Positions 12,091 through 22,499 of a stretch of 64,000 nucleotides of DNA are shown here, in pieces; the stretch's first letter is position 1, and every line of letters starts with the position of its first letter. The stretch spans positions 620,001-684,000 of the forward strand of contig JAIVFI010000002.1 of the NCBI GenBank assembly GCA_025558095.1, in the 5' to 3' direction. The notes under the pieces were generated by a model. The model did not search any database and was not told where the DNA came from. It saw only the letters and a program-made list of their open reading frames with translations. A program made the position numbers and the translations under genes. The stretch comes from Hyaloraphidium curvatum SAG 235-1. Lineage: Eukaryota; Fungi; Monoblepharomycota.

Positions 12091-13491
12091 GCGTGACTCG
12101 CCAGTCCGCAGTCTTGCACGTTTTGCAAAAGCTTCAGTACTGAGTCCGCCGAAACTGGGAGCTGCCAGTCCGCAGTCCGGCCCGGACGAGCGCTAGTCCG
12201 GGACAAGATATCTCGCCGGACTCGACCCGAAACTCGCCGCGATCGGTTCCCATTCGGGTCAAATTCATCTCATTGGCTGCGACTTTGAGCGAGCCACTCG
12301 TACAGCTCTCTAGCATCAACCTCCTCGGGTCCCCTCCAGGGTTCCGTCTTGCCAGCGCTTGAAACCGCGGAGGAACGAACCACTCTGGAGACCGGTGTTA
12401 CCGGGGAGTACGTCACCCAGCTCAGTGGAAGGCCATCCCGCATCTCGGGAGTCAACGTCAGAGATCGCAAGGAAGGCGAGGCTGAAGGAGAATCGAAGTA
12501 GTGAAGCTCCTTGGGCGTATCGGTGCCGTCGAACATGCGATCCACCTTCCAGTGGAACCTCTGGCACTCCGCAGTGTTCTCCGGGTTTCGCAACGGCGAA
12601 AATGAGCGACTCCTCTGGCCACCAGATCGCCATTCCTCAAGCGTAGGATCTTCCGGAGGCGAAAGAGACCGGGCACTCTGACCAGAGGGCGAAGGCGAGC
12701 GAGCCTTCGGAGAGGCCCGCAGGAGCGTCGCTGACGGACTCAGCGGCAAAGAATGCTCTTCTTCAGTGTCCAGACTCAGCGGCAAAGACTGCTCCTCTTC
12801 AGTGTCCATAGAATCCTCGAGATGCTGGCGACTTTGGTTCGGGGGACAGTTGGGGTCTTTGCTTTTGAGAACGCCGAGGGCCGCCTTTTCTGGAGCATTG
12901 GTTGAATCTTGGACCTTGTGTCGCGAGGACGGTCTGTTGGTTCCTTCTGGATGATCCCGAATCAGTTCGACCGGGACGCGCAGTTCCGGGCCGTGTTTGC
13001 GGACCCACCGACGGGCAAGTCGTATCGCTACCGGTTCCAGAAGACACTTCTCCCAAGAGCGTACTCCGCCAAGTCATCTCTGATCTGCGTGCTCGAGACC
13101 GCCGTGGTCAAGGAGCTTGCGCCGGCGGATGCCCCAGCACCGCGCAAGAGAAAGGGGAAAGGGAAGAAGAAGGTGGTGCCCCGAGATCCTCGTCGGTCTC
13201 GAAGATTGAGTACGTGCAACTCAACGAGGCGCTGAAGGAGGAGATCGAGACACTGTTTAGAGGCTGGAGAGCGGCTCCGGCAAGGGCCGATGCCACGTGG
13301 ATACCTACCTGGAAGACCTTGACGCCGTTGGCCAGCAAGTAGATGCTTCAAACACGCCGCGGGTCTCCAGTCCCGATCCAGTCCGCCAGTCCGGCTCAAA
13401 CACTCCGTCAGTACGTCAGTCCGGCCCAGTCCGGCGCCAGTCCGGCCCCAGTCCCCAGTCTTGCACGTTTTTGGCTCTGGGCCGGTCACGC
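12091..13491. repeat. GC-rich segment bounded by CAGTCC-rich clusters; possible non-autonomous element
   Basis: CAGTCC(G) clusters at ~12100-12200 and ~13368-13460, both including CAGTCTTGCACGTTTT; weak inverted ends GCGTGAC/GTCACGC; internal minus ORF 12270-12809 with a 36-bp tandem duplication (DTEEEQSLPLSL / DTEEEHSLPLSP). Confidence 0.35.
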
Positions 13492-13684
13492 CAGCTTTTC
13501 GTCTTATAGCGCCGCCGCCCGCGACGGGAACAAATCAACGACCCCCGGAGCCGTTTCAAAGGCGCGATCGGTAAGGACCAGCCCACCAATCGTACTAAGC
13601 TGTAGCTTAGCCACTTTCTGGCCTTTTCTGGAGTTTTGGGCGCGATTCGTGTGTGTGGTGGACGATGGAGCGTTGTGATTGCAT

Positions 13685-16539
13685 TAGGGTGCCTGGCACC
13701 AAAAAGTTGGGCATGCCCAAAGTGGGCATGCCCATGGGCATGCCCATGGGCACCAATTGCGGATGCGCTGCCCACCGGGTGCCCAACAGCGAGCCCGTCG
13801 AGCGGGCAGGGGAGCCGGCCTAAGGGGTCAGGAGCCAGGGCCAGGACGCGGAATCTATCGCTCACGCCAAGCAAACGTGGATGAATTGATATAGTGATTC
13901 AATGAAATCATTCATCCGTAGAGCGGTCTCCGTTCCTTTTCTGCGAGGGTGTCGCGGTCGGCGGGTGGGGGGTTCGTCGCGAGTTCACCGGCTTTGCGAA
14001 GTCCTGAACATGGAGGACGAACTCGCGCCCAATGACAGCATCAGCGCAGTCAATGAAGGACGCAGCGACGAGGAGGAGAGCGGATCCGAGCGCGGCTCTG
14101 CCTCCTTGCGACCTTCCGTGGAGCGGGGCGATTGGGTGCGCCCGGCACCGGATCTCGACCCGCGATGGGCGGGCTTCCTCGTCAAAAGGAAGGACGGGGT
14201 GAACAGGGGCAAACGCGTCACGGCCAAGTGCACTTTCTGCTCGGAGGAAATGGATGGCCGGCCAGAACGGTTGGAGCAGCACATCGTTTCCAAGTGCAAG
14301 TCCGTGGGGGAAGAACGCGTCGCGTACCTTCGGCGCCTCAATCAGTACGACGAGGAGCAGAAGAAAAAGTCTGCTGCAGCGCCGCAGAGCAAACGCAGGA
14401 AGAGGAACGCGTTTTCTGACGCGTCGTCGACGCCGCCCTCGGCGTGTTCTGCGGCGGGCTCCGCATCTGGCGCTGGAACTCTCCTGGCTCATTTCCATCC
14501 CCCTCTGTCTGCTGCCACTGCAAGTGCGGTGGATTTCGCGATCACCAAAGCTTTTGTGACCGGCAACGTCCCGTTTCGATTCGCGTCGAATCCATATTTG
14601 CTGCAAGCTCTGGGGATCCTGAGCCCGGCGTACCGGCCCCTGACACGCCACTCTATTGGTGGTATCCTGACCCAGATCACTAGGGACGAAGCCCAGAAGT
14701 TGGTCGTGCTTTGTGGGACCGCAAAGTCGTGGACTCTGCAGCTTGACGGATGGGAAGATTCGTCTGGGGCCTCAATCTACGCGATGGTAGCCGTTACACC
14801 GGGCATGGAGCGTTTGTTGGACCTCTGGGATGTCACTCAGGATCGCCACAACGCGGAGCTTTTGCACGAGAAGGTGAACATGTCGTGCCGCTCAATTGGC
14901 CTCAATCTCGCGGCCCCGGGCCCCGTGAACGCGTTCTGCACGGACAGTCCTTCCGTCATGAAGAAGCTTCGTCGGCTGGTGAGCACGGAGCACCCCCACA
15001 TCATCGGCATTCGGTGTGTTCTCCACAACCTCAACCTGCTCGTCAAGGACATTGTGAAGCACGACTGGGCCACCTCCGTGATCAAAAAGAACCTCACTCT
15101 CGTCAATTGGATTCACAAGGCGCCTATGTGGCGCCGCTTGGCCCAGATTTGGGCCGGCAAGCACGATGTTGCACACTCCCTCGCGACGCATACCGACTCG
15201 CGCTGGTACTCTCTCATTACGGTCTGCTTGGGCATTGACGCACATCAGCCGTGGTTCCGTCTTCTCCTCAGCCCGCAACACGCGCACGATGGCCTGGAAC
15301 CCGGTGTACGGCCGACAGACGTTCCAGATCGGGTGCTGGATGTGGTGAAGGACCCGTATCACTTTGCCCACAATGCGGAGCTGATCCAGATCGTGAGGCC
15401 GATTGTGGATGCCCTAGGCCGCCTTGAGCATTCGGACGCGACCCTGGCAGACGTACTGATCGAGTATTCGATGGTTGCTCGGACCTGGCGTGGTGTTAGT
15501 CCCGTTGTGGAGGGTGCCAGGGAAACATTCGCTCTGGCTAAGTTGTCGTTAAATGCCAGAGTCAAGGAGTTTGATCATGCGATCTACTTTGTTGCTCTCC
15601 ACCTTTCCCCTGTTCACCGGAAGTTTTCTGTGACTGGGTGCCAGGTCGACGGCAGGGACAAGAAGCGGTGGCTCGAATGGGAGATTGGCAAGCTGCTGCT
15701 TGCTTGGAAGTTCCGACAGGAGGCCAGCTTGTCGGTCCTTGCCCAGCTGGATGACTATTTCTTCGGGCGCAACATGTTCAGCGGGATCGACGGCCAGGTT
15801 CGGACGGCAAGGGAGTTCTGGGAGACCTGGGGCTTGGGCACTACGGAACTCGTCTTTGTGCGCGAGTTTGCGCTCATGGTGCTTAGCATTGCGCCGCACA
15901 GTGCCGCGACCGAGCGCGTGTTTTCCAGTTTGGGCCTTGCAAAGACAGACTCGCGGAATCGAATGAATTCCGCAACGTTGAAGGAAATAGGGCTGGTCAA
16001 GAGCGCATTGAAGCAGGAGATGAAGACCTTAAAGCCAAGGGTGCAATCTGCGGAGGAAAAGCCCTGGAGAACCCACGGAACCGATGACAACCTTGCCGAC
16101 GTCCTGGATTCCTTGACCTTGGGCTCGGGAGCTCCTATCCGGGCCCTGGACCCGGAAAACGAGCAGCACCGAGATGTTTTCCACGCACTTTGGCCTCGCA
16201 TTGATGCGGAGGAGGAGGAGTTCGAGGTGGGATTTGGGACAACTTCCGTCTTCCGCGCCGCGACAGGGCCCTATGTCTTGGAGAGTTTCCTCGACATTAA
16301 TCAACTGCGCACTGCTGAGGAAGCCCAATTGGCTGCTGCTCAACCGCTGCGGGCTTTTGTTGAGGAGGGGGAGGCACAGATAAGCTTGGAAGCACTCTTA
16401 GCGCAGCATCGTGCACGTTCCTAATAGACTCTCTTCTACAAGTACATGATGGGCATGCCCATATGGTGCCCATGGGCACCGGATCAGGTGATGGGCATGC
16501 CCGTGGGCACGGTATTTTTTGAGCTTGCCAGGCACCCTA
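13685..16539 (+). mobile_element. Full-length hAT DNA transposon
   Basis: Perfect 14-bp TIR TAGGGTGCCTGGCA (13685-13698 / 16526-16539); subterminal GGGCATGCCC palindromes at both ends; GTTGTGAT at 16540-16547 and 13672-13679. Confidence 0.95.
14010..16424 (+). CDS. hAT transposase (BED zinc finger, DUF659-type DDE core, dimerisation domain)
   Basis: CTFC...HIVSKC BED finger; LQLDGWED, TDSPSVM, RCVLHNLNL (CxxH), SRWYS, SAATERVFS; uninterrupted frame (upstream ATG at 13902 also possible). Confidence 0.93.
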   Translation: MEDELAPNDSISAVNEGRSDEEESGSERGSASLRPSVERGDWVRPAPDLDPRWAGFLVKRKDGVNRGKRVTAKCTFCSEEMDGRPERLEQHIVSKCKSVGEERVAYLRRLNQYDEEQKKKSAAAPQSKRRKRNAFSDASSTPPSACSAAGSASGAGTLLAHFHPPLSAATASAVDFAITKAFVTGNVPFRFASNPYLLQALGILSPAYRPLTRHSIGGILTQITRDEAQKLVVLCGTAKSWTLQLDGWEDSSGASIYAMVAVTPGMERLLDLWDVTQDRHNAELLHEKVNMSCRSIGLNLAAPGPVNAFCTDSPSVMKKLRRLVSTEHPHIIGIRCVLHNLNLLVKDIVKHDWATSVIKKNLTLVNWIHKAPMWRRLAQIWAGKHDVAHSLATHTDSRWYSLITVCLGIDAHQPWFRLLLSPQHAHDGLEPGVRPTDVPDRVLDVVKDPYHFAHNAELIQIVRPIVDALGRLEHSDATLADVLIEYSMVARTWRGVSPVVEGARETFALAKLSLNARVKEFDHAIYFVALHLSPVHRKFSVTGCQVDGRDKKRWLEWEIGKLLLAWKFRQEASLSVLAQLDDYFFGRNMFSGIDGQVRTAREFWETWGLGTTELVFVREFALMVLSIAPHSAATERVFSSLGLAKTDSRNRMNSATLKEIGLVKSALKQEMKTLKPRVQSAEEKPWRTHGTDDNLADVLDSLTLGSGAPIRALDPENEQHRDVFHALWPRIDAEEEEFEVGFGTTSVFRAATGPYVLESFLDINQLRTAEEAQLAAAQPLRAFVEEGEAQISLEALLAQHRARS

Positions 16540-16584
16540 GTTGTGATTTGCCCCCTCAGTGCCCACCCCGTGACCCTTTCGCAG

Positions 16585-18147
16585 ATGTTTCGATGCTTCA
16601 TATACCCTTTCAGGGCAAGGACGTTTCTGGTGCCAAGCGGCTTTGGAGTGCTTCTCGTCCTCGCAACAGGACTTTCTTTGTGGTTGAGATGGACTGTATG
16701 GGGCGAAACATCGATCTGTGAGGAGTTGAAACCGTCAGTCGGTGCCATCGTCTACGAGGGATTCTACCGCGAGAGCGAGTCAAAATCTGTGCCTTCATTA
16801 GAACAAGTTAGTTCGCACTGGCGGCTACAATTGTGCCGAGGGGCTCATAACTCGGATCTGCTTCTGGAAGATATTTTTGGGAGCTTCGAGACTAGCTCTC
16901 GATGCGGAAGACGAGGCTTTCTTCGCATTGAACGAAACCGGAACTGTCCATGTGCACCCGGATCGTCTGAGGCCACTACGCCCCCTTTGCACGCCCCATT
17001 GGCATCCGCAGCAATGCGGGACGCGCAGCAATTAGGACCTGATGACATTGATGTTTTACTGGAAGGACCGGAGTTTCTCGGCCTGCGAGGCAAACATTCG
17101 GGAGGCTGTGTGTACCACTTCCCTTTCACCGTTACGATTCCGGGGGAATACCGAGTCCGGATCTTGATAACTCGCTCTGAATGGAGGGCAGTCAATGAGA
17201 GCATGCCCCACTATCCACCGCTCACGCTGGACAACATATCAGGAGAGCGGCTTCTTGTAAATCTCGGGGATCCAACTCGGACGGAGCAGTGTCGACGAAG
17301 CATCGTTGGTGCGGAACTGCCATACTGCTCCACCATTTCGCCGCCAGGTCGGTATGTGCGACGCCTCAATCTTTCCGTGTCCATTTTTGCACCGCCAGAA
17401 CCTCCCTACTTGTTGAGGAAGTTTCCATTTGGAATCGGCCTTCGTTACTTTACCGACATACCAAGAGATCTGGAGTGGCTGCCATATGCATGTCGTTGGA
17501 AGCCTTATTCTTTGCGTGATCTGACAGGGTGCGTTTCAAATCGAACGTGGCAGTTTAGAGGCGACTCGCACATGAGAGCTTTGTTTAATCACTGCGCTCG
17601 ACTTTTCTCTCCGGACACGAGTGACACGGGCAAAGAGACTGAAGCGATCTGCAAGGCATCCATTCCGACATTCCAACTATGTTACCAATATGATCCATTC
17701 GGACGGCACATTCCTGAGCTTTCGTTGAGTGATAACCACACAATCTTCGTCAACTTCGGCCAACATCATGCTGCAGGGTCTCGTACAACAGTTATGGACT
17801 ACGAAAAGGCAGTCAGCAGGTACTTTGAAGGCATAGTAACTGCATCACGGAAGGGAAAAGTGCGTGGCCATGTTGCATGGATGGAGACCATTCCATTCTG
17901 CGTGCGCAACGACCACAGGGTCCACGCACACGGCGATTGGCGCACCAGTCATCGTTTGCAGCTGTACGAGGCGGCAGTCAATAGGGTCATGACTAGTAGT
18001 GAGGCAAAGGCCGTATCTCGGATCTCAACGTCTGACGTGGTGTTTCCGCTGGTCGACGCTTCACCTGACAATGCGCACTATGCTGGAGTGTGGCCCTTGA
18101 TGGATGAGCTGGCACGCCGCGTAGTATTTGTTGCATGTGGATTCTGA
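16585..18147 (+). CDS. NXPE/PC-esterase-like SGNH-fold glycan O-acyltransferase/esterase, type II membrane protein
   Basis: N-terminal TM; Ig-like strand pattern YHFPFTVTIPGEYRVRILI; WLPYAC; FRGDSHMR (GDS); NFGQH; DNAHY (DxxH). Confidence 0.72.
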   Translation: MFRCFIYPFRARTFLVPSGFGVLLVLATGLSLWLRWTVWGETSICEELKPSVGAIVYEGFYRESESKSVPSLEQVSSHWRLQLCRGAHNSDLLLEDIFGSFETSSRCGRRGFLRIERNRNCPCAPGSSEATTPPLHAPLASAAMRDAQQLGPDDIDVLLEGPEFLGLRGKHSGGCVYHFPFTVTIPGEYRVRILITRSEWRAVNESMPHYPPLTLDNISGERLLVNLGDPTRTEQCRRSIVGAELPYCSTISPPGRYVRRLNLSVSIFAPPEPPYLLRKFPFGIGLRYFTDIPRDLEWLPYACRWKPYSLRDLTGCVSNRTWQFRGDSHMRALFNHCARLFSPDTSDTGKETEAICKASIPTFQLCYQYDPFGRHIPELSLSDNHTIFVNFGQHHAAGSRTTVMDYEKAVSRYFEGIVTASRKGKVRGHVAWMETIPFCVRNDHRVHAHGDWRTSHRLQLYEAAVNRVMTSSEAKAVSRISTSDVVFPLVDASPDNAHYAGVWPLMDELARRVVFVACGF

Positions 18148-18159
18148 GCCGGGTAAGCT

Positions 18160-19581
18160 GTCTCCAAGGTGCGGCCCTGTTCCCGTACGTGGTTGAGCTG
18201 GTCCGCTGGACATATACACGACGAGGAGCAGGAGCACGGTCTTGGCGATCAGCACGGCGGACAACCGCTTTCCGAACAGCCGTTTGCGACCAAGACCGAG
18301 ACCCCGGGCGTGAGCACCGTGATTTTGGCCATCACTGCGCTCGAGTGGTTCCGCCTGCGGACGCAGGACTACTTTCCGCAGACCACTTACCCCGAGGCGT
18401 ACGTCAATCTCCGGGATTGCTACGCCGTGAAGGAGCTGGAGAAGCTGCTCAAAGTGCTCGAAGTGGACAAGAAGAACTCCATCGACAGAATCAAAGCGCC
18501 GGGCGTTTTATCTGATACCTACTCGGACTCTGAGTTTCTGGCCGTCGCACAGTACCATCTGACAAAGGGCCGGATCTACCGCAACATCTGGAGGACGTTT
18601 CGGCAATGCCGAGGTGCCAAGGGAGCTTTGGTACCCGGACCTCCCGCTGATCTACCAGACGGAGCGCTTCAAGTCAGAGGTCTACATCCACTACCACAAC
18701 CAGGCGCTCGCGCAGCTCGAGGCCATCAAGGTCTCCCGCGCCAGCACGCTCGCGCCCAAAGACTACGTCGACGCCATGGTCCCGCGGTTCCAGCAGCTTC
18801 AGTCGCAGCACGCGCACTTGGAGAGCCGCGTCGTCACGAGATCTCGGGCGTAAAGGAGCTCGTCAACGAGCGCTTCGACGAGATCAAGGAGCTCCTTCTC
18901 GCGCAGCGTGGCGAGTCAGTGTCGTCGTCCCGCTCCGTGAACGCCCGCTGGGCGAACCCGTCGCCGATTGTAGAGACCCCGACGCGTTCGGCGGCAGATT
19001 CAGCTGGTGCAGAGGGCGAGGCGACGGCGGCATTCTCGTCCGCGGCTGCAGCAGCCGCTGCCGAAGCGGCTGCCGCGCAGAGGCGCCGCAAGGCCGAGGA
19101 TCGCGCTCGGAGGGAGAAGGCGGAGGAGGAAAAGCAACATGCAAAGGCGGAGCTCCTGCGCGAGCACGGGGTCCGTCTTGGATCCCTGGAGCTCGTTTAC
19201 TACGAGCAGGGTCGGCGCTGGGTTCCCCTTTACCCCTTCCCTCGGGTCGTTAACCCGCGGGACATCTGGGACGAGTACACGATCGGGGCCAAGCCGGATC
19301 CCGGGCTCCCTCGCCTAATCTCGATCCGGGAGCTCAACACCATCTTCGACGGATCTTGGACACGCAACATCGCGACACTGAAGCAGCAGAAGAAGCGGAG
19401 GAAGCTGGTGTGCGGCGAGGTGCAGCACCTCCAGAAGGTGAACCATTGGTCCGAGGAACAGGCTCTCCAAAGCCTGCGCAACCGCTTCTATCGCAATGGG
19501 AAGTGGACGGCAATCACCAACGTGTACACTCTCTTGAACGAGGAGCGCAAGGCGCGCGGAGAAGCTGAGGCAGCGGAGTAG
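18160..19581 (+). pseudogene. CryptonF-like tyrosine-recombinase transposon relic with GCR1_C domain; catalytic core deleted
   Basis: N-part ...IKAPGVLSDTYSDSEF...RN; YPDLPLIYQTERFKSEVY in another frame (18614-18853); C-terminal DIWDEYTIG...ISIRELNTIFDGSW...RRKLV matches GCR1_C; frameshifts near 18610 and 18840. Confidence 0.7.
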
Positions 19582-19969
19582 GGAGCGGGCGGGGTGCCGC
19601 GGACGGCTTTGGGCGGGATTGTTGATGTATTCTTCAATTTTGCAATCTTCGTTGATCCCTCAATGTCGAAGCTTGGTCTGGGGAGGCCGAAAACGTCCTT
19701 TTTGTAGTCGTTTTTCGTGCGTTAGCGATCAACCGAGGGGTTGCTCGGGTGACAGTCACACAAACTCGGCCAATTCTCTCACTCGCGACCTCGTGACGGC
19801 CAGCTAGAGTCCTCAACGAGGCTCTCCTGAGCCGTTGCCATCGCCTCGTGGGGCACTGGAACCTTGGGACTCTCCGCGGGGCACCTGCCGGCGGAAAAGT
19901 CACGTCGGGGCCACTCCGCTGAAGGCAGTCGAAGAGGCGCTGGAGTCTTTGGTGGCCCTCGCGAATCCT

Positions 19970-20971
19970 CGGCCGAGGGATGGACGCTGGATTGCGTACG
20001 TCCGCAAGTCGAAGGACGACAACGCGAACAACATTTCGCTGCAAGATCAGGAAGGACTGGTGCGGCGCTGGGCGGCGGACAACAAGAGGGAGATAGTGGC
20101 TGTCTATAACGACGTCCTCAGCGGCACCTACTCGCGTGGCGATGGGAGGAAGCAACGACCCGGACTCGAGGCAGCATTCAAAGGACTCTCTCGAGACCCA
20201 ACGACGTGGGCCTGGTCGTTGCCCGAGTGGATAGGCTCGGCAGAAACGCTGCTTTTATCCTGGCGGACGTGGAGGAGCTGAATCGCATGGGCAAGAACTT
20301 TGCCAGCGTCGAGTTTCAAGGACTCATGCACGGGCCCCTCAATCCAACTTCCAGCATGGCCTACATGTTCCTCGTACTAGGAGCCCTAACGGCGCACACT
20401 GAGCGCTCCTCTGTGAGTGCATCTGCAGGGTGATAGCGATGTCAGCGCAGTCTCTGACCCCGAAGGCACCCACCTCCTCCCTAAGATTGCCGCACGTACT
20501 GCCGACTCGGCGAAGCAGAGATCAACGCGCAACATCGGCCAGTCCAGGTTCTCCCCCTTTGGGACCCGCTTCCGAGCTCGGTTCCCTGGAGGAGAGGTTC
20601 GCGAGGCGGTGGAGTCGGGTGAGCTTGCTGGTCGGGAGTACCACGGAACGAAGCGCGCACCGCTCGAGCTTGTGATCCACGAGCCTGAGGCCGAGCAATC
20701 TGCAATTCCTGCGCCTTACCTGACCAAGCTTGACGGGGAGCAAGACCCTCAGGAAGACTATCACGGGCCGTCGCCGGCATTCTTGGTCGGTGTCCTATGG
20801 GAGCGAGGAAAGGTCATTGATCACCTCGCCAAAGGGGTCCAGCGAGGGTACCTGGATGCATCCTTGCTTGCTCGCAATGTTGCAAAGGCCGTCAAGTACC
20901 TCACGGAGCGGGAGGGGAAGGAGAGGTTCGCGGGGCGCGTGCTGGCGGCGTGGAAGGGGCCGGGCATGTAG
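19970..20971 (+). pseudogene. Serine recombinase (resolvase catalytic domain plus large-recombinase-like extension), one frameshift, one spliceosomal intron
   Basis: AYVRKS (catalytic Ser codon 20009-20011), SLQDQ, D-x-LSG, QRPGL, VVARVDRLGRN, helix E ERSS|IAART, SPFG and LVIHEPEAE; 1-nt frameshift at ~20198; start codon unresolved. Confidence 0.82.
20413..20485 (+). other. Spliceosomal intron (73 nt) in the serine recombinase gene
   Basis: Donor GTGAGT at 20413, branch CTGAC 20454-20458, pyrimidine run, acceptor AAG ending 20485. Removal joins ORFs 20206 and 20417 in phase 0 and restores ER-x-x-I-x-x-R. Confidence 0.72.
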
Positions 20972-21856
20972 GAAGCGTCCAGGGAACGCAATTCGTTCTA
21001 TTCTCCATCTTCAAATACCCATATCCCGGCCCCGTTACCCCGACAAACGCGTTCTGGCAGATGCAAAGAAGCTGATACGCGCCCGTGCGGGTTCTCCCGT
21101 ACGCAACAGGGTTGAGGCCTGTGGGACCTCTGGCAAACAAGAGGGCAATGCTTCTTTTGATTGCCGAATTTTCTCTACGGTCCAATCTTGGCTTGTCGGA
21201 GGAAACGGCCAGGGGTGAGGGAGCAACGTGTCCGAAACAAAGAAAGTGCCCCAGCTGTCGCCAGGAACCTCGGAGCCGCGATCCTTCTAGCCCATGGCAT
21301 TGGCCAGCACCATGAATGTCTGCTACCCCTGATTCCCTGTCCAGTCCACGCCCAGCGGAGAGCGTGGGGGTTGACATCCCGGGCCGCGGCGGGGGCCGGC
21401 AGCGAACCCCGTACAGCGGCTCCAAGGGCGGATCCAGCCACGCAATCCTAGAGAATATGTTCCTCGCGAGATGCATGCGGCGCCGTCTGCCTCCCAAATA
21501 GGCACGCGAAGCCGAGGAAGTGCCTCGGACTAGCCGCCGCCGCGAAGGTCCGCTACCCGGCTCCACAAACAGCTCCAGGAAACAATGGACCCGGCATCCC
21601 CGTAGAAAACGGCGTAGCCAAAGTTGCCGCCCAGCAAGCCGAGCTCGGCGAGGGGCATTCCACGAGGAACACCGCGGGGCCCCTCGAGACCCGGGGTGCC
21701 GCCCCCACACAAGGTCCCCGGCCGGACGCGTCCGCCGCGCCCACCGGCACGTGCGGCGGTACTCGCTGCGACGCTGCGCGGGCCGGCGCGCGGCCGGGCG
21801 GAGCGTGGGATGCGCATGGGGTCGCCGACCTCGCCGGCCTATGAGGTGAACTGCCG

Positions 21857-21899
21857 GGTGACTTTTCGGAGCTATACGGTATAGCTCTGGAAAGTCACC
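21857..21899. repeat. Near-perfect 21-bp inverted repeat (hairpin/dyad)
   Basis: GGTGACTTTTCGGAGCTATAC-G-GTATAGCTCTGGAAAGTCACC; 19/21 Watson-Crick, the other two G:T. Confidence 0.85.
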
Positions 21900-21904
21900 T
21901 CTGC

Positions 21905-22437
21905 TGAAGAGCTTGTTGCGAATCAGCCGGGAGTCAAGGATATGGTTGACCACAAACTCGAACTCGTTGTCGACCTCAATCGGAGGCGGAGGCGGCTGCT
22001 TGCGGTCTGGCGAGGGGTCCGCGTGGTACAGTTCGAGGAGGGAGACATGGAAGGCGGGAAAGATCTTGAGCTGCTTGGGCAGCTTGAGCCTGAAGACAAC
22101 GGGGTTGATTTGGCCTCGATCGGGAACGGGCCAAGGCGTTTGAAATCGAGCTTGTCTGAGGGCCGCGTCGTCTTGATGTTGCGGCGGAGGAGCCACACCT
22201 GGTCGCCGACCTTGAGGTCCGGCGCGGGCAGGCGCTGCTTGTTGGCGTACTTGGAGTTCTTGAGCGAGCTTGAGCTCAAACTGCACTTCCGCAGAGATCT
22301 CGGCAAGCTGGCGGGCGAAGTCCTCGGCTGCGGGTGCCATGGTAGGCTCTCAACGCGGGAGGATGTCGAAACGGGGATGGAAGCCGTAGTTCAGGAAGAA
22401 TGGGGAGGTTCCGGTGGAGGCCGAGCGGGCATTGTTG
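21905..22437 (-). pseudogene. Fragment of Tf1/chromovirus-type Gypsy pol (integrase C-terminus + partial chromodomain)
   Basis: NNARSASTGTSPFFLNYGFHPRFD; KVGDQVWLLRRNIKTTRPSDKLDFKRLGPF; FHVSLLE; EFVVNHILDSR, spread over three frames. Confidence 0.85.
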
Positions 22438-22499
22438 ATTAATTTGGGTATGTTGCGTGCATAGAAAAAATGAAAAACTGGGAAGCATAGGAGCATAGT

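Noticed and set aside
20901-22340. 479-aa minus ORF as a single gene
   Set aside because: Read-through of a frameshifted Gypsy fragment into unrelated GC-rich sequence.
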